From Candidatus Cloacimonadota bacterium (lineage in GTDB: Bacteria; Cloacimonadota; Cloacimonadia; G963667145), in the NCBI GenBank assembly GCA_963667255.1, contig OY762940.1, positions 512,001-576,000 on the forward strand: 64,000 nt of DNA, read 5' to 3'. Position numbers and translations under genes: made by a program. Position 1 is the stretch's first letter. Each line of letters opens with the position of its first letter. This document shows, one piece after another, positions 1 through 12,000 of this stretch. The notes under the pieces were generated by a model that worked only from the letters and a program-made list of their open reading frames with translations, had not been told where the DNA came from and made no database searches.

Positions 1-2
1 AT

Positions 3-3000
3 TCTACAGGCGTGCAAGGTAAGAAATACATCTATAAAGCCGCTTTGTATAACAATTCTACGGGATACTCTCCATTTGGAGATGCTGTGGATACACTGGG
101 TAAAGAGATTTCCGCTCCAACTATTTTGGATGTTTCCAAAGGAAGGTATGAAGACACTATCAAAATCACATGGAGTATGGTAGCAGGTGCTACTAGGGGA
201 TATATGGTTCTCAGAGACTCTACAGGCAGTGATGGTAGCAACGATAATTCTTATGATACTCTCTATCAGACGGAAGAAAAACCGTTAGTTTCCTCTGAAA
301 CAGACACTATATATAGTGATTACACAGTATATCCTGCCGGTAAGAAAATCTATTACAAGATAGTTTCGAAAGGTGCAGACAAAGTGTCTAGCAGGTCTTC
401 TTCAGATTATGGATTCCTCAAGTATGGAGGAGTGAAAGATTTGAAGGTTATTGGATGGTCAGCAAACCCGAAAACAGACACAATGAAAATTACTTGGTCA
501 ATACCGAGTGCTATAGCATGGGATTCTATCTATGTCTCAAGGCTTATGGATGTTGACTCTGCGAATATCTATGACACATTGGCAGCTCACAGGATACCAC
601 AAGCAGAACTTGCATCTTACCTGACCAGTGCAACGAATGGAGATTATAAAAATTATACTTATGTTTCCACATCTACCGACTTATTGATAGGTCAACTCTA
701 TTTCTATCGCGTTAGAGTGAAATCGTCAGGATTTTTGAGCACACCATCCAACATAGGAATAGGATACTTGAATATGCCCAAGGTCACAGGTGTAACAGCA
801 ACAAAAGCTATAGGTGATAGCATAGTCATCAGTTGGACAAAGATATCCAGAGCAAAGAACGATTCTGTCGATTTCTACAGAGTCCATAGGTATGATGCTA
901 TTGCCAACGAGACGAAAACCAAGGAAGTAAGTGGAGGAAAGAGTCAGCTTACAGATTATGCGATAAGTGAAAAATCTCCTTATTCTTCTACGGAAAAGGG
1001 TAAAAACTATTCATACTTTGTAGTTGGAGTTAAGAATATTTCACAAGATACTGTAGTCGGGTCCGTCAGTAGGAAATTTGTAACAACGCTAACGGGAGCA
1101 AACTCTGATACAGCTGTAGGATATTCTAATCCGGATACTGCCACCATAGTGAGTGTTAGCAAAGGGACTGTTGCAGACTCCATAACGATAAAATACTTGT
1201 CTCCAAATTATGTGGATAAGGTAGAACTTTATCGCAGAGGCTCCGGTGAGATTAGCTGGGGGAGCAGTGCTTATAGCACATTAGTTGCAGGTAAGGTTGT
1301 GGAAGAAGGCGAAAAGAACGACAGGAGTATTGAATATGGTAGGATTTATTATTATAAGATAGTTTCCACAAAGGGAGATTATTCTAATACCAGCCTGATA
1401 GATAGTGGATGGAGTTTATTGAAGAGCCCTGATAGCATTAAGATTCTTTACAACGGAGTATATTCTGACAAAATAAGACTCCAAGTGTTCTCTAGCAATA
1501 GTGATGCGTATGTAGATTCTTTGGTTATTATCAAATATGCAGCCACTTCCGGACAAAGAGACACAGTGAAGATTGCGAAAACAAGTATGAATAGTAATTC
1601 ATATGTGGTAGTGGACTCACACAATATTAATCAAGGAGTATTCTATCAATACCGTGTAGCCTTTAGCAACAGCCTGGGTGTTTCTGCTTATACCAAAGCT
1701 GCAAGTAGCAAAGCTTTTGCCAAGATGTCCGCTCCGACTTGGGTTAGCATTAGTCGCAATGAGTATGTAGACTCTATCAAACTTGTATGGAATAAGATTA
1801 ATAGTGCGTATAAGGGGTATAGAGTATATAGAGATAGTGTTCTCGGCTCGAACGGTGCAACGATTACAAATTATGCGAAAATCTTTGCAAATTCTGAGGT
1901 TGCCAATTGTAGTGGGGATACAGCTTATGCTGACAATTATACATATTCCCCGGGGCAAAGCATTTACTATACCATTCAAGCAGTAGGCTATGACACCGTA
2001 TCGGAAAGATCTGAGAGCAACTATGGAACATGTAAATATGAAGGGGTGAAAGATTTGCAATTTATCGGACCGAAATTAGATAGCATATATTTCAAATGGA
2101 CAGTTGCTACAACGGTGGCAGGACCGACTTTTACCTTCTACAAATACGATTCCATAGGAAGAACAGATAGCATTACGAATACATACAAGACAAATATTTC
2201 CTCATATGGAAGTAATGGAAATTATCATATCTCAGAGACACCTGCGAGCAGTAGCTTGTTAATAGGTAATTTGTATTTCTATCGTTGTGTAGTCACATCG
2301 AGTGGTGCTGTGAGCAATCCGAGCAATGTAGCTTTTGGATATCTTAGTATGCCAAAAATTTCGGGATTGGATGCTTCTGAGGGCGGTGAATATTTGACAC
2401 AAGGAGTATTCACGAATTACAAAGATAGCATCAAAATTACCTGGAAGAGAGTTTCTCATGTTGTTAACGATTCCGTAAGCTATTATATTATTACCAGATA
2501 TACTGATACTTCGAAAATTGCTCGCCAATATAAATTGGGTAATGGAAAAGATACATCCTTTACCGATATAGTGGGGACATCGTTCTTCGATGAACAAACA
2601 GAAAAAGGGCAGACATATCGTTATACTGTTCAAGCCGCATACACGATTAGTGAGGATACTACGAAAGAGTCTGGATATTCTCCTTTTATAACTGATCTTT
2701 TGTCTCCAGCTGGAGATACCGTTGTAGGATATACATATCCTGATAGTGTCAAGATGGTCAGTGCTTCCCAAGGGACATATGTAGACAGCATAAAAATCTC
2801 TTATACCAGTGGATTGTATGCTGATTCTATAGTGCTACAAAGAATGGGCTCAAACAACCTTTGGAGTAGAGTAGGACTTTTGAATACTATGGTTAGCAGG
2901 AATACAGCTGCTTCCTTTATGGATAAATCCGATGCTTTGGTCGCTGGTAAAACTTATAGCTATAGAGCTAAAGTTCACTTGAAAAATTTGGTTAGGATTA

Positions 3001-6000
3001 GTGATACAATCGTAGGTTATTCCAAAATAGGACCTCCGAAAAATGTGAGATTTGTCAGGAAGAGTCAATATGCGTATACAGAAGGCAAAGAAGACACCCT
3101 CGGAATAAATGTGATGTGGAGTCCCGAGAGTGACGGAGACGGGTATGTTGTCTATTTTGATACTGCCAGCACTGTGAGAGCCAATGGCTATGTCGATTCC
3201 TTGAAGTTAGATGGAACTTACGATACTACTTGTTTCTGGCAACCAAGAGAGTTCAGGAATTCACACGATTCCATTTTGAAATACTATTTTGCTGTGAAAA
3301 CATACATGAAACAAAATGACGGCACGAGGAAATATTCTGATTTCTCAGATCAGGCATCGGGAGCTGTGGTTAGTCAATCTGTAATGGGATTGGAAGCAGT
3401 ATACAATTCCACAGTAGGGATAAAGAAAATAAGTGTTGCTTGGGATAGTTTGCCGCTAAGATATAAAACAAGCGAAGTACAAAGGTATTGTATATATCAA
3501 GCCAAAAATTCCAAACTCGAGATTAATTTTAAACTGGTAGCTTCTCAAGAAACACAAGATGCCCGTAGCATAAATATAGATACAAGCAAAACACCGGTAG
3601 GTAGTATTTATTTTTACAAAGTAAGAGTTCAATATAACAATGCTAAAGACTCTTCAGTTTATTCACCTATGACCAGTGGAGTTTATCCGCCTTTAGGAAT
3701 CTTAAATTTGGAGGCTAGCAAAGATAGCTCTAGCCAATACTTGTGGTTTAATGTGATACCAGGGATAACCAGTTACAAAATCTATAGGGCAAGCGATACT
3801 ATACCTATAGAGCAAAATCCTGTTGCCACTTTGGATTCTAGCAGTGCAATCGCCTTGGCTACTAATGGAAGAGCAAAATGGACAGACAATTCCGTTCAAA
3901 AAGGCAAAATCTATTATTACGCAGTGGTGATAAGCAAAAATATTAATGTAGATGGAGATTCCAGCTATGCATTGAACACCAAAGAAGGATTTGATGTGAG
4001 CAGTGCTGTCTATGGATATGTCAATTGTGATTTCAAAACTATTGATTTTGATTTCTGTAAGGATGGAATATCTATTTTTTGGCCTAATAATACGCAAAAC
4101 TTCCCCGTAGGAGTGAGTCCGGAAGCTTATAATTTGAAGAGGAAAGGGGCGAATGAAACTTCTTACGGACAAAAAGAGGTAACAAATTACATAGTGAAGA
4201 CGAGAATAGGCTCTACAATGGATTCCTTGTATATGGTTCAGGATAGCGGAGCTAAGTTCTTCACAGCGTTGCTCTCGGGTAGCAAATACGACTATCAACT
4301 GATAGCGACGAAAAAAAGTAAGATTCCGGGCAATGTCATGACCCTAAAATCCCCTATAATGAGGATGAGTTACGACTACAATTGGAAGTATGACTCTACA
4401 TCTACCAATGCTAATTATAAGGGAACACAAGGTTCATATGATGACAGAGTAGAGTTGAGATTTAACAAGTTTAAACCTTTCAGACCAGTGGGAGACTATG
4501 ACAGCACAGGGATTACTCCGGACACTGCAAGCTATTACAAAATCACTAGATATAAGGGAGGTGAGGCTATATATAATGGTATATTGGACACTCTCTATGT
4601 TTGTGATTTTGCTCCAGAAGTAGACGGAACTACTGGAGACACAATATATGTCTTAACGGATAAAAAGATAGGAAGTAGATTTGGCACCAACTTGTCAGAA
4701 GGAGTTTCTTACTACTATGCAGTGCAAGCGGTTTTGGATTATTCCGGAGAATCAGTATTCCGTTCCGGCATTGTGGATGGAATAGCTTCGAAATGTTTCT
4801 TAAAATTGAAATCCGTGACTTTGAAAAGTGTTAGCTCGTATGTAGTGGATAGTATTATCGTGGGAGCTAAAGTTATTTGGGACCCGGGTGACCAAAAAGG
4901 TGACAAGTATATAATCGGTAGAGATACATCCAGTAACTTCTCTTCCGGTTCGGAAATGGTGGTTCAGAATACGGCTATATGTCAAGATACATTGCCAAAC
5001 GGCGAGATTGTGAAGGGCGATACGATGTTTATCGATTACAATATAGCTAAGAATAATTCTGAGTCGAAAGAGAGTCCTTTTGGTATTCTTAGGATGGGGA
5101 TGACATATTTCTATAGAGTTGCCAAAGAGATGAATGGCAGTGTTTGTAGTGACTGGAGTGCACCTATCAGCTATACATATGGCAAGGATGCCGCAGGCAA
5201 TTATATAATTTCCTCTTGGGTTGATTTCAACGATTTGGCAGAACAATATAATAGCGGGCTTATCACCGGAAATATTAGCGTTATTTTGAATAACAATATT
5301 TCGTTTACCAGCACTGACAGTTTGATACCTCTTGGTAATGCTACGCATCCATTCACAGGGAAGTTCAATGGTAAAGGGAACACTATATCCATAGAGCATA
5401 TGAAGGATAATGTTGATAATGTAGGTGTATTTGGTATGGTCAATGGGGCAACTATTAGGAATATAAAAGTCATCAACAAAGCAATTGTAAGCCCGGCGAA
5501 AGGTGGAGCTAAATATGTTGGTGGTCTCATAGGGCAGATGGACGGGATAACCAATGTTGACAGTATCAATATCCAAGTGCATGGTTCTCTCACTGCCAGT
5601 ATAGGAGTGGGTGGATTGATAGGTGGAGGAGACGGTTCTCTCAATGCTTATTACGATACTGTCGTTGCTACAGCAGATTTGGTTGGAGGTGTTTACGCTG
5701 GAGGTTTGGTTGGTAAAGCTATCAATCCTACGGAAATAGGCTATTGTGATGTGACGGCGACAAACATTACTGGTAGTGGTGGAACAGAAACCTTTGTATA
5801 TGCTGGAGGAATGGTAGGGCAATTCAACGGGAAAATGGTTTCTTCTAAAGTCAGTGGTGCTACTTCCGTAAGTGCTGTTGCCAGTGGCAAGACCTGTTAT
5901 GCCGGTGGTTTGGTAGGATATGAAGTTGTAATCGGTAGCCGATATAATAAGTCAACCGTGGGAACGATTACCAGTGGTGTAGCTGCAGGGAGTAGCAGTA

Positions 6001-9000
6001 TTCCTGCTTTAGCAGCATCTGCTGGATATTTGATAGGATATAGTAAGGCTCTCTTAATAGACAGTGTCTCTATGTCCACAGTAATGGGTGTTACTGCAGA
6101 TGCAACCGGAGAGGCTTGTGCCGGTGGTTTGGTAGGTAAGTTTGATAATGTTTCGGGTTCTATAAAGAAAGTGAATCTTACATTGGCAGGAAATATTACG
6201 GCTACCTCTACTACAGGTGATTCTTATACAGGTATGATGGTAGGTAGAGTAGTCAAAATATCAAGCAACAGTATCGGGACGGCGAGTGCAACAAGCACAT
6301 TAGATGGTGACGGTAAAGCTATAAAAGGCGTTGCACCGAGTGGAGTGGCACACATAGGTGGTGTGGTAGGGGGTATCTCTTCTACATCGTTCAAATCACT
6401 TAGTGTAAGCAATATAGTTTTCAATGCTTCAGCTAAAAGGGCTTATGTTGGTGGTGTAGCAGGCAAGGAAGAGGAAATAGGCAGTGTGTATGATAGTATT
6501 GATGTTGCACCTACAGTTGTTTTTGCTGAGAATTTGGCAGGTGCTGATACTTTGTGTGTAGGTGGTTTGGCAGGCTCCAGCAGAATGACATCTCTTGAGA
6601 AAGTGCATGTAAAAGCCAATATGAACTTAGTCACAGGATTCTCGGGACATAGTGTCACTCTCGGTGGATTGTGCGGAGAAGTGAATTATACAGCTTTGGA
6701 GTTAAAAAATATTGATTTGTCTCTTTCAACATTTAAAGCTCAAGTTGGTAAAAACTCCAAAATAGGATCTGTTGCAGGAGAAGCTAATATTGGTAAGACA
6801 ACAATTGATGAAAATACAATTAAGGATATAAATTTTAGCGGATTTAAAGTAGGGGAAGGTTCGTATGTGGGTGGTCTCTACGGTATAGTTTCCGTTGTGG
6901 CTAGTGCAGTGCTGGATTACAAATCAAGTATAACAATGGTGATAGAGGCAACGAGAGCATCTGAAAAGAGCTATATTGGTGGTTTGTTCGGGAAATATTC
7001 TAGTCCGGTACCTTCTACAGTAATAGATACATTTAGTGATATCTCCATTACACTCACCGGAGGTGGAGCTACAGTAGGTGGATTGGTAGGATGGGGAGAG
7101 AATGCTCAACTTAAAGAATGTAGAGTCAAGACTACTATTAGCGGTGTGCAAAAGAGTGGATTTATCCTTGGTGGTATGGTAGGGAAGATGACGGGAACCA
7201 GTTCTCTTAGAAATTCCTCTGTTCGCAAGATAGTCTTGACTGGAGCAGATAAGGCGGGAGCTCTTGTAGGAGAGATGAGCGTAGATGCTGCGGAAGGTCT
7301 GAAATACAGTTTCAGCTATGATATTAGCACTAACGATGTAGATACACTGGGACTCATGATAGGGGAAATGAGCAGTGGTCAAATAAATGCTTGCTACACG
7401 ATAGGATGCACAGCCGCTAGAGCAGATTCGACAATAGGTAACTTCGTTGGAATGATGAGAGGTGGGACCATATACAACTCCTATTCTGCCAAAGCTAACC
7501 AAGAGAAAATATATGGTAAATATACAGCCGGCGATGTTAGCGGAGCGATAATAGCAGAAAACGAAATCCTGATGGGAGAGAAGATTTTGGGCAAAACTGA
7601 GTGGGCTTTGGACAGCACTTTCTCATATCCTTACCTCGTGGACAACAAATTTGAAGTTCCCGTTAGTGAGATGTGTAATAGCCTCAAGATGGAGATAAAC
7701 AGTCAAGGTTACTACCAAATTACCAAACCGATACAATTGGATGCTATCGGAGATGTCAGGTTGACCACGGGAACAGACTATACCAAAGTCAGCAGTATGT
7801 CTGATGGATTGAATTTGAACAACAAATATATCATAAGCAAAGATTTGGATTTCACTGGATATACTGGATATACCCCTCTAGGATATTATGACAAATCAAT
7901 CGCATTTACTGGAGAAATAAACGGTAATTACAAGAAGATTAAGGGCATCGAAGTATCCACTGGTCTTAGCTCTGCCAGAGGTATATTTAGCTACATAGAT
8001 GGAGGCTCTGTGAGCAAAGTAAGAGTAGTGAATGCCAAAGTTACCGGTAGCAAAAATTCAGGAGTTATTTGCGGTGTATTGAAAAGCGGAACAATTAGCC
8101 AAGTGGTAGTAGACAGCTCCACAGTGGAAAATACAGCCGGTTCAGGAGCTGTATTAGTGGGCTCTATCACAGGTGGCTCAGTGCGAGATGTGCTCACCAG
8201 ATACAATAGTCTCACCAGTTTGACTGATGCCGGAGTAGTGGCAGGTGGCATGACAGGTGGTTCGGTAGCCATGGTATTTAGCTCTGTAGACAGCATAGTT
8301 GCCCAAACAGGCAATGTAGGAGGTCTTGCAGGCACTGTAAGCACAGGAGCAAAGATAGACAGTTGCGTCTCTGTGGCTACATGGCTTGGCGGAAGCTCCA
8401 TATACAAGGTGGCTAAAAAAGACGGCGGGACTCTGAGTGCCAACTACACAACTGCTGAAACCAGATTGGTTACCACCACAGATACTTCATGGATAATAGG
8501 AGTTGACTCGGCAGGAACACATGGGTCTAATGTCTTCTTCAGAGGATTTACAACTTTCTTTGAAGAAAATTATCACGGGTTTAATACGGCCCCATGGAAG
8601 TTTGAAGTCGGAGACAGGAACTGTCCGTATTTGTTGAATTTTGATAATGTTACAACCTTGCAAATGGCAGAGAATGACTTGGAAGGTGCAGCTAAGATAG
8701 GTAATAATGTAATGGAAATTGGTCGTTTGGCAGCTCTTGCTCTGGTGCAGGGATACATAAATCAGGTGGATACTTTCCGCTTAACAGCTAACTTGACCTT
8801 TGGTAGCAATGATGACTATAGCAGTAATTCTGGTAATTTTGATCCTATACCTACGCTTGATAACAAGATCTTTGACGGTGCAGGACATTATATCAAGAAT
8901 ATGTCTATAAATGCCACTGAGTCTCAAGGAGGATTTATTACCAGATTGGACAACAGCACAGTGAAAAACTTAGCTTTGGTAAATTGCACTGTTACAGGTG

Positions 9001-12000
9001 GTTCTTCCACTTTATCCATAGGAGGAATAGCTGGAATTATTATTTCGGGCACTATTGAGGATGTATATGTGGGTTCCAGCACTGTGGACGGCTCTAGAGG
9101 TGCTATATATGTTGGAGGTATAGTAGGTCGCTTAAACTCTTCTGCAACAATCCAATACAGCATAGCTCTCGACAATGTGATAAAATCAAAAGATGCAGCA
9201 GGTGGTGTGGCAGGTAGTGTCGCAAATACAGGTATATTAAAGTATTGTGTTTCATCTATGGACTCTGTAGTAACCCCAAACAAGAACTCGAGAAGAATAG
9301 GCACAAATCAGTCCTCCGATATGAGCAATAACTATGCATGGAATGGCAACACTATTAATAGTTCGCAAGATGTTGGTCCGACAGGACTGGAAGGCTCTTC
9401 ATTTGCTTTCTCCAGTATTTGCAAAAGCAGTTTCTACAATAGCTTAACCGCGAGACCTGCATGGATATGGGATTGGACATCAGCTGCTTCAGATACATGG
9501 TGCTGTATGCCAAGATTGAACTACATGTCAGCCACAGAATGCTCTCCTAAGGTAGTGAGATTTGCCGATAATAGTGACGGCTCACTATCCACACCGTTCA
9601 AGATAGAAAAAGTCCAACAATTGGATGCAATACACCTCTTCGCAACGAAAGGCAAATATTTCAAACTAATGAAGAACTTAAACTTTGATACAGAGGGATT
9701 TGACTGTGACGATACTACCGGCAACAGCAATTGGATACCGATAGAGACATTTGTCGGGGACATAGCTGGTAACGGCTACAGTATCTCTGGTATGGACATC
9801 GTGAGCACTGACGATGCAGGATTTATAGTTAAGACGCTTGCTGGGTCTAATACAACTATCAGAGACTTGAGTTTCTATGATTGTAATGTTACGACTACGG
9901 GTTCCAGCAAAAATGCTGCGGTTGTTATTTGCCAATATGAGAATAGTCAAAATAGCACTTTGAAAAATATTCTTGTAAAGGGGTGTAAGGTAGTGGCTAC
10001 CAATTATGCAGCTCCGGTAGTTGCGTATAATAATGGACCAATTAAGAACAATTATTTGTTCTCCTTCAATAACAAGGTAATCTCCAGTGGCACATATGCC
10101 GGAGGTGTTGTGGGTTATGCATCTACTTTGGGTCTTACGAATAGTGTCGCTATTAACGATACGCTGAAGGCAGTAACCACTATAGGAAGGATTTACGGTG
10201 CTAGCTCTAATGGGACAAAAGCCAATAACTACGGTTTCAGAAGAACATATTATAAGGTTGGGACTGCTAATCCTACCCAAAGACTGAACTCGGGTATTGC
10301 ATCGGATATAGACGGAACGCCGACCTCTATGCTCGCCTTCAATAAGGGATTCTATACAGAGAAGCTGGGTCTCTCTTACGGAGAAGACTGGAAATGGCCA
10401 TCCGCCGAAAAAGCAGCACACCCTGTAGGACTGAATGTAACTCCGGAAATTGACTCTGGTATAATAGACTGGGCACCTTATGGCATTACCACTGATCCAA
10501 GGACATTTGCCAGTGGAGATGGGACAAAGTCAGCTCCGTTCTTCGTCATGACCGAAACAGACTTGAAAAATATGCAATACGGTGTTGAGCTGTTCTACAA
10601 ATTGGGAGCAAATATCACTCTATCTGCGACTCCTTGGACACCTATAGGTATAGATTCCTTGCCATTCCAAGGCTCGTTTGACGGTCAATATCATTCTATC
10701 AGCGGCATGATACAGTCGGCAACAAGCACCTTAGGTGCAACAGGATTGTTTGGGCGTATCAAAGCTAAAGACCAAGGATGCGAGATTAAGAATCTAGCGA
10801 TTTGCAACAGCACAATTAACGGGGCAACCTATGTAGGAGTTTTGGGTGGATATGATGAAACAGAGCAAATCCGCAAATATAAATACTCAAATATCTTGTC
10901 TCACAATAATAAAGTCTCTGGAACGAACTATGTTGCAGGGTTGATAGGCAAATCAGACTATGGCAATTTGAGTAGAATCTTTGTAGCCGGTGGCTCGGTA
11001 GTAGCCAGCTCAGGGAATGCTGGAGGTATACTCGCCAGCACTAACGGCTCTACCATCGATAGTTCTGTAGTGATAGTGGACTCCATAGTCAGCAAGACTA
11101 CCACGGCTGGTAGGATAATAGGTAGTAGCAGTGGTGCGACAATCAACAACTGCTACGGTTGGTATTTCACCAATGTGAAAAGTAATAATAGTCTCTATGA
11201 CCCGATGAATAGTCTGCTGGCTAGAGACGGTAAAAATGCTTTCTTGTCCGACTTTGTCTCTACTGCTTGGTGGATAAATCGCGGGTTCGATTTGACCTCG
11301 GGAAATGTTTGGAAATACGGAACAGACCGCTTGATCAAAATGAAAGTGGGTCCAGCTTTCGTCCATATGACAAGCGACACTATCTCCACCGCAAGAGTCA
11401 ATTTGCCGGTAAATAGTAGCGGATACAAGATAGTCAGTGAGCCATACAACTTGAATGTAATAAGAACTTATCCGAGCTTCAACTACACATTCCTCAATGG
11501 CACTACGGATACAGCAGTATTGGATATGAGCGATACCACTAAATGGTATAAAGACCTCAACGGTTCCGTCGCAGGCAACTGGACACCGATAGATACATTC
11601 AGCATGGAGATAGAGGGTGGATACGGTGCTATCATCGGACTGAGAGTGCCGGCTACCTCTACCAAGCAAGGATTTATCGCTACGCTCAAAGGTGGAAAGG
11701 TGAGGAACCTCGGTATTTACAAATCTACCTTCACCGGTAACTCCAGCACGACCGTCCAAGGAGCTTTGGCAGGTGAAATCACCGGCTCTGCTACCCTGCA
11801 AAACATCTTCATCAATGGGAATACATTCAACGGTGCAACTAATGCCAGCGTGGGAGGTGTAGCCGGAACGGTAGCATCCGGAGCAAATATCAACACTATT
11901 GTAGCAACTAAGAACCATATATACGCAGCAAGCAAAGCAGGTGGTGTCTTCGGAACAAATGCTGCCACAGGTATTACCAAAGTTGCAGGTTTGGGCAACA